64,000 nt of DNA from Candidatus Thorarchaeota archaeon (GCA_020348985.1 CP070761.1:1011713-1075712), one strand, 5' to 3'; shown: positions 28,702 to 39,397, counted from the first letter of the stretch. The notes: a model not told the origin generated them from the sequence alone. Translations and numbers: made by a program.

Positions 28702-29211
28702 CTAACGCAGGTATCGCTTGCCAATCCAAAAGGCACAAGACGCCAAGGCGATTGCGGCCAATGACAGCAAGAGAATGGGGGATTCTGGATTCGTCCATAC
28801 TACTCCGCCTGACATCTGGTCATAGAACTGCGAATCAACAGACGGATCAAACGCCTCTCCATAGGCCTCTATTGATTGCTCAGTTCCATGTTCTGAGAGT
28901 TTTGCACGGTACGTCCTCGGATTGAAGAGAACAGTCACACCATTTAGCTTCAAGAAGACAAAGTCGATGTCAGCCGAAAGCACAGTGTCAATGAGAAGCT
29001 GAATGTCAACCCAGGCGCCTTCTCTCTGAATCGAGAATCCGTCATCAGGCGATATAAGCTCCCCACCGTCAAACGTCAGATTTGCTTTCAAATCAAACCA
29101 GCTCTCATCACTCAGTCTACTCTGCCCTGCCACTGGCTGGCTAACCAGAGGAACTAAAATCAGGGCTATCAGAACAATGAAGAGTGAACGTCGCAAGGGA
29201 ACATGCCTCAT
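28702..29211 (-). CDS. Hypothetical secreted protein with C-terminal TM anchor
   Basis: Signal peptide; C-terminal hydrophobic helix plus basic tail. Confidence 0.65.
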   Translation of the reverse strand: MRHVPLRRSLFIVLIALILVPLVSQPVAGQSRLSDESWFDLKANLTFDGGELISPDDGFSIQREGAWVDIQLLIDTVLSADIDFVFLKLNGVTVLFNPRTYRAKLSEHGTEQSIEAYGEAFDPSVDSQFYDQMSGGVVWTNPESPILLLSLAAIALASCAFWIGKRYLR

Positions 29212-29280
29212 CCTAATTATATGTATTAACAGTGGCTAATACCAAAGCGTTTTCACAAGCTGTAACCAAAGGCAATCTGT

Positions 29281-31293
29281 CTAGGATAGACGTACCTTTA
29301 CGAGGTCTTCCACTAGATTATTCTCCGGTACGAATGGCAAAGTAATGTGACCCTTGCCTCTTGACGCTCGATTCCACTCTGTGACTGTCTCGATAGCTGG
29401 TGGGTTCGTTGCCCAAGCTCTACGTGCGACTCCACCCATGACGTCCCAGTCGAGAGCTGATCGGATAATTGAGTCGACTCTTTCACTGCCATCAAGAACA
29501 AGACCAAATCCGCCGTTGATGGCCTTGCCCGTACCTACTCCTCCGCCATTCGAAAGCACACAGAGGGTCATACCCCTTGATGCGTTGCCGGCCCAGCACT
29601 GATGTGCCATGTCGCTCATTATGCTGCTGCCATCTCGAATATTGGCGGTCTCTCGGAACGGAGAATCGGTTCCTCCAGTATCATGATGATCACGCCCAAG
29701 CATAATTGGTCCGACATTTCCTTCTCTCACAGCCCGGTTGAACTCTAGGGCGATGTTGACCCTGCCTCCTGCATCGGCATATAGTATCCTGGCCTGCGAT
29801 CCAACAACCAGCGCATTCTTCTCAGCATCTCTTATCCACACGAAGTTGTCTCTGTCTTGTCCCCTTCTTGTTGGGTCTATCCGGGACATGGCAATCCTGT
29901 CAGTCTCGGTGAGGTCAGATGGCTTGCCAGACAAGCAGACCCATCTAAAGGGCCCGTAGCCATAATCGAAGCAGACCGGCCCCATAATATCTTCTACGTA
30001 GCTTGGAAAGATGAATCCTTCACTCGTATCCCGTCCATTCTTCGCAATCGCAGTTGCACCTGCATCAAATACGGCCTTCATGAATGAGTTTCCATAATCC
30101 CAGAAGAACGTGCCTCGCTTGGACATCATCTTGATCAAGCCAAACTGCGTTCGCAGGGATTTGTCAACAAGCGTCTTGAATTCATCTCGATCGGTCTTCA
30201 GAAGCTCACGTCCATCCTCGAACGATATTCCCTGGGGAGTATAGCCGCCGCTGTAGACATCGTGGCAAGATGTTTGATCCGATGAAAGCTCCACAATGAT
30301 TTCACGGTCAACTACATATTGCCATAGATCAACTACGTTTCCATAGTAACCGATCGAAATCGGTTCCCTGCTAACTCGAAACTCGTCAACCCAATTGAAA
30401 ATCTCGTCCAGGTCGTCAGACCATCTTTTCAGCCAGTCCTGCTCTGATCGGGTGTCAATTCGGCTCTTGTCTACTTCTGCGATGACTCCGATTCCGCCCG
30501 CGATTTCTACAGCCTTCGCTTGAGCGCCACTCATTCCCCCAAGGCCTGAAGTCAAAAACAGCCTTCCGCTTAAGTCTTGGTCTTCTGGAATCCCCAAGTA
30601 TTGGCGACCTGCGTTGAGAAGTGTGATGTAGGTTCCATGAACAATGCCCTGTGGGCCAATGTACATCCACCCTCCCGCTGTCATTTGAGCCATCGAAGCA
30701 GTACCCAGCTGTTGCGCTCGCTGGAAGTGTTCAGGCGTGTCAAACATTCCTACCATTAGCCCGTTGGTCAAAATGGCCCGAGGAGCGTTTCTATGAGAAG
30801 GAAAGAGTCCGAGAGGATGACCCGACATCACTGCTAGTGTTTGTGTCTCATTCATCTGCTCGAGATACATCTTGATGAGGCGGTACTGCATCCAGTTTTG
30901 ACATACTTGACCGCTCTCACCGTATGTCACTAGTTCATACGGATAAAGAGCAACATCGAAGTCCAGATTGTTATCAATCATTAGCTGTAGCGCACGGGCC
31001 TCCAAAATCCCGGTGTATTCATCAACAGGTTTAGCCTTGATTGGACCCGAGGGCCTGTATCTGTAACCGTAGATTCTTCCGTACGTGACAAGCTCCTCAA
31101 GAAACTCCGGTGCAAGCTGCTCATGGAGTTTAGGAGGAATGTATCTTAAGGCGTTCTTTACCGCTAGGACGGTCTCTCGCTCATTCAATGTATAGGCTCT
31201 GTGAGGAGCTCTTCTGTACTTGGGGTCGAAAGAGGGCTCTGGGGGTAGCTCTTTCGGGAGTCTAAATGTCATGGCCTCTGAGACATCGGACAA
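29281..31293 (-). CDS. hutU: Urocanate hydratase (long, about 670 aa form)
   Basis: PYELVTYG, QMTAG.W.YIGPQGIVHGT, GLGGMSGAQ, SDQTSCH, GRDHHD, NGGGVG. Confidence 0.95.
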   Translation of the reverse strand: MSDVSEAMTFRLPKELPPEPSFDPKYRRAPHRAYTLNERETVLAVKNALRYIPPKLHEQLAPEFLEELVTYGRIYGYRYRPSGPIKAKPVDEYTGILEARALQLMIDNNLDFDVALYPYELVTYGESGQVCQNWMQYRLIKMYLEQMNETQTLAVMSGHPLGLFPSHRNAPRAILTNGLMVGMFDTPEHFQRAQQLGTASMAQMTAGGWMYIGPQGIVHGTYITLLNAGRQYLGIPEDQDLSGRLFLTSGLGGMSGAQAKAVEIAGGIGVIAEVDKSRIDTRSEQDWLKRWSDDLDEIFNWVDEFRVSREPISIGYYGNVVDLWQYVVDREIIVELSSDQTSCHDVYSGGYTPQGISFEDGRELLKTDRDEFKTLVDKSLRTQFGLIKMMSKRGTFFWDYGNSFMKAVFDAGATAIAKNGRDTSEGFIFPSYVEDIMGPVCFDYGYGPFRWVCLSGKPSDLTETDRIAMSRIDPTRRGQDRDNFVWIRDAEKNALVVGSQARILYADAGGRVNIALEFNRAVREGNVGPIMLGRDHHDTGGTDSPFRETANIRDGSSIMSDMAHQCWAGNASRGMTLCVLSNGGGVGTGKAINGGFGLVLDGSERVDSIIRSALDWDVMGGVARRAWATNPPAIETVTEWNRASRGKGHITLPFVPENNLVEDLVKVRLS

Positions 31294-31624
31294 AGTAACT
31301 CACATCCGTACCAATACTCACTGCAAGACACGTCTGATATAGGACTTTCTCTAAGTATCGGAGTCACTCATCGTCAGAGTGTCTCAAGAAGGCTGTACGA
31401 ATTGATGAAGGGCTTCGAAAATCGCGCCTTCTATTTCTCGTGTCACTAGTTAATCACCATGTGAAGACATACAATATTTTCTAAAATCCCTTTTTGACTA
31501 AATTTTCATGACACCTGGAGTTGTCAAGAAATCAACCGATTCGACGTGCAGCTCCGGCTTTGCAAGAAATCCTTTTGCATGAACGTAACATCTATGGATG
31601 GATAGTGTAATTCAAGGGGCTCAG

Positions 31625-32533
31625 CTATTCAAGAGCGGCATTCTGAATCAGTTGTGCTAGTGTCTTCGATCTTAGTCCCCGGAAATATCCGTGATAAGTG
31701 CTAACTGTAACTTTCACCGTGTCTACAAATTCTGCATTTCTTATCGCTCGTGTTATACTGTCAAGCTCTGTCAGAGTTTCTGTTGAGAAGAGTGCAAAAA
31801 CGACAGGTTCGGATGCAGAGATGAAGGTCTGCCAGAGTGGAACAAAATACTCGTCTCTAATCCAATCCACAACCTCGTGTGCACTCTTCGCGGTCTCGTC
31901 AAAAGCTGTTCTGACGATGAAGGGAATGCTTCCTGCGGCACCGAGTTCTACGAGTGCAGCAAACCGGACGGCCATGCTGTCTGTGAACCTCTTGAGTGTC
32001 TTACGCACTCTTCTTGCCGTAAGGCTGGTCTCTGCTGCAATATCCACGACCGATTTCTTCGGATTGTCTGTGAGGGACGACAGAACTCTCAAGTCGATAG
32101 GTGTGAGGTCAATCCTATCCCCGGGATCTATCACCAAAGGGTGAATTTCAACTCTTTCAGATCCCGGCAGTGTACGTACTAGCGATCCGACACCTAGCAA
32201 TTCATTCCAGTCTGTGTACTCCCCTATGAAATAGAAGAGCCCATTGCTGTAGGCTGCTGCAGCAATTATGTTATCGGATGCACCTAGCCGATCAACGAGT
32301 TCGACTTCATCATGAGATCCATCTGTCCAAATCATTCCCAGAATTGTCTCACATCCAACCATTGCGGAAGCGAGTTCAATTTGATATCCTGTAATGACTC
32401 CAGATTCCTCTAATATGCGAATTCTTCTTCTAATCGCGTTGGCTGAAATTCCGTATTTCCGGGACATGTCCTGAAACGTAATTCTGCAATTCTGCACCAG
32501 ATCCTCGAGAATCCGTTTGTCTATTGTGTCCAA
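31625..32533 (-). CDS. Tandem Lrp/AsnC-type HTH regulator
   Basis: LDTIDKRIL..L..NCR; second HTH DIAAETSLTARRVRK; TTG 32533 follows AAGGAG. Confidence 0.85.
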   Translation of the reverse strand: MDTIDKRILEDLVQNCRITFQDMSRKYGISANAIRRRIRILEESGVITGYQIELASAMVGCETILGMIWTDGSHDEVELVDRLGASDNIIAAAAYSNGLFYFIGEYTDWNELLGVGSLVRTLPGSERVEIHPLVIDPGDRIDLTPIDLRVLSSLTDNPKKSVVDIAAETSLTARRVRKTLKRFTDSMAVRFAALVELGAAGSIPFIVRTAFDETAKSAHEVVDWIRDEYFVPLWQTFISASEPVVFALFSTETLTELDSITRAIRNAEFVDTVKVTVSTYHGYFRGLRSKTLAQLIQNAALE

Positions 32534-32747
32534 TTCAGCTCCTTGCTCCGCATACTGAGTGTGCTTCCTGAAAACGTGCCTGTTCTCCAAGAGCGAACTA
32601 GAAGTGTCTCCTCGCCATAAAACGGAATCGGATTAAACAAACTTCATTGGAATCCATCAAGCTGTGCACCACAAGATGGCAGACAACAATGACAAGCCTT
32701 TTTCAACAGAGGCGATTCGTCTTCTCGCAATGGAGTGTTCCCTTTAG

Positions 32748-33107
32748 ATGCAAGGAATCATCTTCTTTAGAACTGGACAGCTTGGCGAAATTGTACGTTT
32801 CTACACCGAAATCTTAGGCATGAGCATATGGCTAGAGCAAGAGGATTGTGCAATTCTTCAATATGGGAATATGCTCATCGGGTTCTGTCAGCGTGAGACA
32901 ACCGATACGCAAGGAATGATCACACTTGTTTATGAGAATAGTCAGGAGGTTGACAATGTCTACGAAGAACTGGATGCGCTTGAGAAGACACATCCAGAGG
33001 AAAACAAGAAGTATAGAATCTACCAGTTCTTCTCATCTGATCCGGATGGGAGAGCATTAGAATTTCAGGCCTTTCTGCATCCAGTCAAACCTCTCCAATT
33101 CCAATGA
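32748..33107 (+). CDS. VOC/glyoxalase family protein
   Basis: FY..ILG, FF.SDPDGR.LEF. Confidence 0.85.
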   Translation: MQGIIFFRTGQLGEIVRFYTEILGMSIWLEQEDCAILQYGNMLIGFCQRETTDTQGMITLVYENSQEVDNVYEELDALEKTHPEENKKYRIYQFFSSDPDGRALEFQAFLHPVKPLQFQ

Positions 33108-33163
33108 GTGAATTATGCAGGCGTAGGATAAGTTGTCCTAGAAATCAGTTGACTCCTCCAAAC

Positions 33164-33742
33164 TCAAAGAGCCACAACGGTCGAACTATGGATGTCCCAC
33201 CCGAGCTTCTTGGCTCTGCGAAACGCTTCGCTGGCCTCCTTGTAATTGCCAATGATCCAAAGAAGGAGCCTGAGTTTGTACCACGCGTTTGGGTCTTCAG
33301 GGCTAGCCTTGGTTTCATCTTTTGCAGCCTTGAGCATCGATTTGTATCTTTTGGCTTCGATCTTGCGGAGCTTCTCGGAACCAAGCAGTAGGCTATGGAT
33401 ATATTTGGGGGACCGTTTGAAAACATGAGCCAAAGCCGCATCTGGTAGCTCTTTCATGGCCCGAGTAATGGCGGCCCCGGTTGTGTCTGTTGCCTTGTAT
33501 AGGACTCCTTCGAGAAGCTGTCTTTCGTAATCATACTGCATGAAATTGAGAAGTGTTCCCAAACCAATTGTCACATCGCTTTCAGGGCCCATCTCCTTTA
33601 TGCAACAGTTCCATTCAAAGTAGACCAGCTCGGATCCTATTCTGTAGGTAACGCTTGGCGTCGGATCGATTCTCTTCAGGTCAGTCAAGACGTCTTTGAC
33701 CCTGTATTTCTTGCGAAGCTGCAGCTTCTTCTTGTCAGCCAT
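33164..33742 (-). CDS. Hypothetical protein with a C-terminal TPR-like repeat
   Basis: PEDPNAWYKL..LLW..GNYKEASEAFRRA. Confidence 0.65.
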   Translation of the reverse strand: MADKKKLQLRKKYRVKDVLTDLKRIDPTPSVTYRIGSELVYFEWNCCIKEMGPESDVTIGLGTLLNFMQYDYERQLLEGVLYKATDTTGAAITRAMKELPDAALAHVFKRSPKYIHSLLLGSEKLRKIEAKRYKSMLKAAKDETKASPEDPNAWYKLRLLLWIIGNYKEASEAFRRAKKLGWDIHSSTVVAL

Positions 33743-33853
33743 CTCCGTCCACTCGGGAAACTGTATGTCAATATGGAAAATAAATCATCTTTTGATGTGG
33801 GTGTAACCTTCCATACGTATGTGCATGCCCTAACCGAGCTTTTTCTACTTAGA

Positions 33854-34624
33854 CTAGAAGCCGATGTTCCAAAGAAAGAGATCTGGCAGTCCAACAATGA
33901 AACGGAGGTAGAGCACTGTGACGAGGACTCCAAGAGAAACAATCACTAGACTCCAGTCGCGCCTCCGAAATTGCAGTCTCTCCATGTATGTACGATTCTC
34001 CGAAGCGCCAAACCCTCTTGATTCCATACTCTCCGCGATAGATAACGCCCTACGGATTGAAACGATGATAAGTGGTACAATGATGGGGATAATGTTCCGT
34101 ACTCTTTGAACGAAATTCCCCTTGTCAAGCTCAACACCGCGCGATCTCTGGGCGTCCATTATTGCATACGCCTCATGACCCAGTGTAGGGACGTATCTCA
34201 TGGCCATGCTCATTGCAAAGGCAAACTCAAACCTCACTCTCATTTGGATAAGTGCCTGCGACAGTTCGTCTGGATGAACCGTGAGGAAGAACAGTGAGAA
34301 GGATGTCATTAACGCAACTAAACGTAGTGTCAACGAAACCGAGTAGGAGAACGGGTATGGTCCGGTAGACAGGAGTGTATTGAACACCATAATGAAGACC
34401 AGAAGAACTAGCAGACCTTTCATGCTCTTGGCCCAACGACGAAGTGACTTGGCTGCAGCCAGAAGTGGAAGAAGGCTGGCAAAAATGATGAGAAGTGGGA
34501 TTATGTCAAGGAAGAGAAGTGAGATAATAGCACAGACCAAAGTAAGAAAGAGCTTGGATCTCGGATCAAGTCTGTGGATTATCGAATCTTGTCGGGTGTA
34601 TTGGAAGATCTCCAAAAACGACAA
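33854..34624 (-). CDS. ecfT: ECF transporter transmembrane component T
   Basis: IHRLDPRSK, AMRYVP, AQRSRG, SMESRGF; TTG start at 34624. Confidence 0.9.
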   Translation of the reverse strand: MSFLEIFQYTRQDSIIHRLDPRSKLFLTLVCAIISLLFLDIIPLLIIFASLLPLLAAAKSLRRWAKSMKGLLVLLVFIMVFNTLLSTGPYPFSYSVSLTLRLVALMTSFSLFFLTVHPDELSQALIQMRVRFEFAFAMSMAMRYVPTLGHEAYAIMDAQRSRGVELDKGNFVQRVRNIIPIIVPLIIVSIRRALSIAESMESRGFGASENRTYMERLQFRRRDWSLVIVSLGVLVTVLYLRFIVGLPDLFLWNIGF

Positions 34625-34625
34625 T

Positions 34626-35450
34626 CTACGCGCCCTCCAATAGTGTTGTTGCAATGCTTTCGATGTCAGACAAAGAGGCCAGTCGATCGGAAACATTGTC
34701 AAATCTGTGTCTAAGAGCTTTTGCCGCTTGGGTCATCTGAGGGAGGGTAAGCGAGCAACGCTCTAGGACCTCTTCATGTGTTAGTACAGATGAAGTGTCA
34801 CCGTCAGCCACAATCTGTCCGTCTGACATGGCTATAGTCCGGGGAAAGTGTTCTATTACGAACTCAATGTCATGGGTGACAACTATGACTGTCCTGCCCT
34901 TCTTGTTCATTTCCATGAGCATTCGTGCGAGGCTTTCTTTCTGTCTCGCATCTTGACCAATCGTGGGCTCATCAAGCGCAAGTACGTCCGGCTCTGTAGC
35001 CAGGACTGATGCTAGAGCGACACGCTTTCGCTCACCACCGGACAGAGCAAAAGGAGATCTTTCGGCAAAGCCTTCAAGTCCCAATCTCGAGAGAGTCTGA
35101 TCGCATCTTTCCTCTGCTTCTTCTTGAGTGAATCCCAGATTCTTGAGCCCAAATGCAATCTCCTTCTTGCAGCTCTCCAGAAACAACTGGTGGTCTGGGT
35201 TCTGGAAGACTAGACCAACTATCTTGGCCATCTCTGCCACCGACATCTGAGAAGTGTCTTTACCCTCAAGAAAGACATTCCCAGCCTGAGGTCTAAGGAG
35301 ACCATTGAAATGTTTGATCAATGTGGTTTTTCCGGCCCCATTAGTCCCCATTATGGCAACGCTTTCGCCTCGGTCAACCTGTAGAGTGACTCCTCTGAGA
35401 GCAGTATAGATTCCATCGTATGAATACTCCACATCTTCGAGGATTATCAT
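34626..35450 (-). CDS. ecfA2: ECF transporter ATPase
   Basis: GTNGAGKT, FQNPDHQ, LSGGERKR, LDEPT. Confidence 0.9.
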   Translation of the reverse strand: MIILEDVEYSYDGIYTALRGVTLQVDRGESVAIMGTNGAGKTTLIKHFNGLLRPQAGNVFLEGKDTSQMSVAEMAKIVGLVFQNPDHQLFLESCKKEIAFGLKNLGFTQEEAEERCDQTLSRLGLEGFAERSPFALSGGERKRVALASVLATEPDVLALDEPTIGQDARQKESLARMLMEMNKKGRTVIVVTHDIEFVIEHFPRTIAMSDGQIVADGDTSSVLTHEEVLERCSLTLPQMTQAAKALRHRFDNVSDRLASLSDIESIATTLLEGA

Positions 35451-36286
35451 ACTGTGCCCTCCTGAATAAGCAGTGCAAGTTCCTCTCCAGTGAGTGGGAC
35501 ACTGCCAAGCCTGAGACCCTTTGCATTGAGTCGCTTGTAGATTTCAGTAGCTTTGGGTATTCCGACTCCGATATCCTGACAGATATCGGCTACAAGAACT
35601 TCTGTTGGCGTTCCGTCAGCTACAATCCTTCCTCGATCCATCAACACGACTCGCGTAGCCTCCTTTGCCACCAGATCTAGTCTGTGTTCCACAAGGACTA
35701 CTGTCATTCCTCTCTTGTTGAGAGTGGAGATGATCTCCAATATCTTCTCGGCACTCTTGGGGTCAAGATTGGATGTAGGTTCATCTGCTACCAGTATCTG
35801 AGGATTTAGGGCAAGAGTAGCGGCCATAGCCACTCGTTGCTGTTCGCCGCCGCTCATCTCATGAGGATGTTTGTCACGCAAGTGTTCCAAGTCAAGGAGG
35901 TCGATTATCTCTTCTACTCGACGCCGTACTTCTACGGGATTGACACCAAGATTCTCCGGTCCAAAAGCAATCTCCTTTTCAACATTCAGCGTGACAAGCT
36001 GGTTCTCTGGGTTCTGGAAGACTAATCCAGCTATTGCTGCAAAGTGAGCGACCTCGTGCTCCCTTGTATCCTTCTCATCAACATAGACGTGACCCGCTAT
36101 GTATCCCCTATGAAATCGGGGCACAAGTCCATTTATTGCTCGGCACAATGTAGTCTTTCCGCATCCTGAGGGACCGGTGATTACAACGTATTCCCCATTG
36201 TCAATAGTGAGATTGATCTTCTTCAGTGCCAGAGAGTCTGCGCCGTAGTACTTGTAACTGAAGTCATCGAATTTAACAAGTGCCAC
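35447..36286 (-). CDS. ecfA1: ECF transporter ATPase
   Basis: GPSGCGKT, FQNPENQ, MSGGEQQR, ADEPT. Confidence 0.9.
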   Translation of the reverse strand: MALVKFDDFSYKYYGADSLALKKINLTIDNGEYVVITGPSGCGKTTLCRAINGLVPRFHRGYIAGHVYVDEKDTREHEVAHFAAIAGLVFQNPENQLVTLNVEKEIAFGPENLGVNPVEVRRRVEEIIDLLDLEHLRDKHPHEMSGGEQQRVAMAATLALNPQILVADEPTSNLDPKSAEKILEIISTLNKRGMTVVLVEHRLDLVAKEATRVVLMDRGRIVADGTPTEVLVADICQDIGVGIPKATEIYKRLNAKGLRLGSVPLTGEELALLIQEGTV

Positions 36287-36290
36287 GCCT

Positions 36291-37307
36291 TCAAGACCCC
36301 CTAGTATCCGAAGCCTCCTCAGTGCCTTTGCATCTAGCTATTGCAGACCTTAGAAGCTCAACTGCCTGTTCTAGTGCTTTTGTGCGGTTTCTTTTGCCAT
36401 TTGCCCCTGCCGCATTTGGATGGCCCCCTCCCTCGCCCCCGATTGTTTCTCCGAGGTGTTCCATGACGTCTTTGCCCAGATTAATCCCAGTCTCTACGTG
36501 AAACCTGTGGGTACTTCTCGAACTGAGTCGTACAACGTCCTTGGACGGTTGGCCTCCCACAATGGCAACATCAGCGCCTAGATCCAGCAGTCCTCTACAT
36601 GCACTTGCCTCGAAGGCACTGACTTTCGCCGTGACTACTATCCATTCCTCTATCTGGTGTATCTCAAGCCGCCTTGCAGCTTTGAGTCGAGCAATTCGCT
36701 CCGACCTGTCCTGCTGAATCCTGAGAGAGTTGACACATCTCTCGTAATCGGCTCCAGCGTCTAGAAGTTTCAAAGCAATGCTAAGTGCCCTCTTGTCAGC
36801 GTATAGAAACCTTCGTGTATCAAACAGCATTCCTGTTAGAAGCAAGTTTGCAGTCTTCTCAGAGATGTCAAGACCATTCTGCTCATACAGCTCGTAGATA
36901 ATCTCACATGTAGATGACCTATCGCTGTCAGCAATAACGTGCGCTGCCAAGAACGCAATCTCCGGATTTGGCTCATGATGATCAATAACGAGAGTGGTTG
37001 GCGGATGTAGGAGAACATCCTTCATCCCAACTCCCAATTGAAATCTGCTGTTGGTGTCAATTAGAACGACAAAGGGGTAATCTTCTGTCACTTCTTCCAA
37101 GATTTTTGCTGAGGAGTCGAAACTATCGATGACCTGTCTGGCAAGCCGGCTCACGTCGTCACATGCCATAACAACCTGACCACGAGGGTTCAGTTCCTGG
37201 TATAGATTGGAGAAAGCAATCATAGAACAGACAGCATCAGGGTCAGCATTGTGGTGTCCAAGCACTAGGATCTGATTATGTTCTGAGACTAGTGCTTTCA
37301 GATTCAA
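36291..37307 (-). CDS. DHH/DHHA1 phosphoesterase
   Basis: HHNADPDA, IDHH, GGGH..AAG; TTGA overlap with the upstream gene. Confidence 0.9.
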   Translation of the reverse strand: MNLKALVSEHNQILVLGHHNADPDAVCSMIAFSNLYQELNPRGQVVMACDDVSRLARQVIDSFDSSAKILEEVTEDYPFVVLIDTNSRFQLGVGMKDVLLHPPTTLVIDHHEPNPEIAFLAAHVIADSDRSSTCEIIYELYEQNGLDISEKTANLLLTGMLFDTRRFLYADKRALSIALKLLDAGADYERCVNSLRIQQDRSERIARLKAARRLEIHQIEEWIVVTAKVSAFEASACRGLLDLGADVAIVGGQPSKDVVRLSSRSTHRFHVETGINLGKDVMEHLGETIGGEGGGHPNAAGANGKRNRTKALEQAVELLRSAIARCKGTEEASDTRGS

Positions 37308-37603
37308 TCTGATTTCATCTCCAAAAGGCGTTTTTCTATCCATTCAGTACCTTGTTGGGTGGCTTGCGCAACAATCTCGTCTAGGTTGTGTTCCGTTTGA
37401 TACTTCTGAGTGATTTCTATACTAATCTCAAGGTCAAGTTTCTCGTCAAGGTCCAGTGAGCAGACCACGGAAATCTCTTCTATGCTCTTCTGTGGCACTT
37501 TTCCCAAGATGAAATTGGTGACCTCGGCTTCACAATCTTGAACGAGCTGCTCCAAGTCATCCTCGGAGAGGTCTGGGAGCCCGATCTCAGCTATTGGATC
37601 CAT
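37304..37603 (-). CDS. DUF3194-like archaeal protein
   Basis: IGLP.LSE..LE; conserved position after prefoldin beta. Confidence 0.65.
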   Translation of the reverse strand: MDPIAEIGLPDLSEDDLEQLVQDCEAEVTNFILGKVPQKSIEEISVVCSLDLDEKLDLEISIEITQKYQTEHNLDEIVAQATQQGTEWIEKRLLEMKSD

Positions 37604-37609
37604 TTTCCT

Positions 37610-37972
37610 TCACTGAAGTTGAAGATTGTGCTTACCAAGCTCAATCTGTATCTTGTTTTGAAGCTCTTTGAGCTTCTCACTCAGACTCTCTAGTTGTTTC
37701 TTCCTTGAAGCTAGGCCCATCTCCAAGGTCTTGGCCTTGTCATCAAGCTCCTCAACAAGCTTGGCTTTGTCAGCCCTAAACAGCACCTGACCGACTGCCT
37801 TGTAGGTGGCAACATCGTCAGGCTGCTTTCTCAACTCTTCAAGCGTGGCTTTCGTCTCAGAAAGCTCTTGCTGCATTGACTGAACCAGCATCTGAAGCGT
37901 TTCGTGATTACGCCGCATAGTATCGAATTTCTGAAGCTCCTGTTCTAGTGCGGGAGGCAATGTCTGAGCCAT
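37610..37972 (-). CDS. pfdB: Prefoldin beta subunit
   Basis: Coiled coils flanking YKAVGQVL. Confidence 0.9.
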   Translation of the reverse strand: MAQTLPPALEQELQKFDTMRRNHETLQMLVQSMQQELSETKATLEELRKQPDDVATYKAVGQVLFRADKAKLVEELDDKAKTLEMGLASRKKQLESLSEKLKELQNKIQIELGKHNLQLQ

Positions 37973-38032
37973 GATTCAACTACTCCTTCTAGCTTATCCT
38001 TGGTCATTCGAGCTCGCCTCTACACTCTGGAC

Positions 38033-38308
38033 TTAAGATTTTTGGCCTGTGACGTCGTCTAGTACTCTACTGCAGCCTGAAACCCATGCCAAGTATGAAT
38101 TCATTGCAGCCCTGAGCGCAGTGATGTCTGAAGCTGAAATGAAAATGACCAGGTTCGAGTCCTCAACAGCTAGACGCACTTTTGCCCTCTCAGCCGGAGA
38201 TGAGCTTGTTTCAGGGTTCAGTGCCGAGAGAATCAACCTGGCAGATTCCGGAGAACCCAGATCGAGGGTCAATGTCGCCTCTGCATCCTCTATTGGAAGG
38301 TCATTCAT
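38033..38308 (-). CDS. pcc1: KEOPS subunit Pcc1
   Basis: AL.PE...ER, I.ASD..ALRAAMNSYL.W. Confidence 0.88.
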   Translation of the reverse strand: MNDLPIEDAEATLTLDLGSPESARLILSALNPETSSSPAERAKVRLAVEDSNLVIFISASDITALRAAMNSYLAWVSGCSRVLDDVTGQKS

Positions 38309-38384
38309 AAAGCATCTCTCCGATTTAGTAGTACTCGTATACTTCGTAGATTGCACAGACTAAGAGATGAGGTCACCACTTAGG

Positions 38385-38966
38385 TCATTCGTTATTCAGA
38401 GTTGCTATCCGAATTCGTGGTCCAACCTCTGACTTCTCATGAGAATTGTAGAATGTCCAAAGAATCTTCCCGGCAGGCAAGTCTTCAAACCACATAATTC
38501 CCTCTCGTAGTCCCGGCTCATGTGACAAGGCAGGTTTCTCCACTACGTCCAAGGAGAGACCGAGGATTTCTGCAATGACCTGCGCAAGACTTAGTGTTTG
38601 CTCAGAAGACCCTGTTCGAACAGCGACTGAATTTGCTTTGAAGATACGAGGGCTCTTCTTGCCGCTGGTTTCCCTACGGAGCATGGCACTCTCAACTAAG
38701 ACTGTTACAAGATTAGACCCGTTGGCATCAATCAGCTGAATGATTCGAGGGTTCCCCTTCTCCATAGAAACAATGCAAGCTGCCCTTGCTCCAGATGCAT
38801 TAATTCTCGAAATCAGCTCTTTGAGACTCATTCCTCCACGATTGAATCGTTCGGAGTCAGGAATCACTTGACTTAGATCTCGTATGAAGGACCGAACTCT
38901 GTTTGATGTCTTTCTTGAAGAAGTGATGAGCAGTGAGGGCATCAGTAATCCCTCTCTGAGGGTCAT
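38385..38966 (-). CDS. Brix/Imp4 domain ribosome biogenesis protein
   Basis: LITSSR..S.R.RSF, NRG.MSL, KGNP, GPRIRI; start may be 38942. Confidence 0.85.
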   Translation of the reverse strand: MTLREGLLMPSLLITSSRKTSNRVRSFIRDLSQVIPDSERFNRGGMSLKELISRINASGARAACIVSMEKGNPRIIQLIDANGSNLVTVLVESAMLRRETSGKKSPRIFKANSVAVRTGSSEQTLSLAQVIAEILGLSLDVVEKPALSHEPGLREGIMWFEDLPAGKILWTFYNSHEKSEVGPRIRIATLNNE

Positions 38967-39397
38967 TCGAGAGGCTCTTCGAAGTATTCCTCATCAGTGC
39001 CCTCAACGGGCTCGCCCGAGCTTGGAACGTCTGTAGCAAGAAGCGCGGGTTCTGGCTCTTCTTCCTTCTTCAAAGTCTCCATGAATTCCGGAATCTCTTC
39101 TTCGTCTGCATCATCCCGGAGGGCCAGAAAGTCTCCGGAGACTCTTTGAGCTATGGCCCTCTTGGCAGCCTTTCCGGCATCTGTGTAAGGAACGTAAGCA
39201 CCCCCAGCGAACAAGAGACCGCACTTTCTGCAGCTCCAAAGACCTACGGCTTTTCTCTGAAGGGAACGCGTTGCACAAGACGGACAACGATGTGGTTCTC
39301 TTCGTCGACGCTCGAGATCTAGAACTCTTCTGCGCAGCTTCGCACCGTATCTGGCGCCGAATCGTCCGGTGCTTCCAACTTTCTTTGTTCTCGCCAA
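38963..39397 (-). CDS. rpl37ae: 50S ribosomal protein eL43 (L37Ae) with acidic C-terminal extension
   Basis: KKVG.TGRFG.RYG, CPSC, W.C.KCG..FAGGAY. Confidence 0.95.
   Translation of the reverse strand: MARTKKVGSTGRFGARYGAKLRRRVLDLERRRREPHRCPSCATRSLQRKAVGLWSCRKCGLLFAGGAYVPYTDAGKAAKRAIAQRVSGDFLALRDDADEEEIPEFMETLKKEEEPEPALLATDVPSSGEPVEGTDEEYFEEPLE

Noticed and set aside
31294-31624. 330-bp intergenic gap as a possible ncRNA or mobile-element scar
   Set aside because: No convincing structure, terminal repeats or ORF seen
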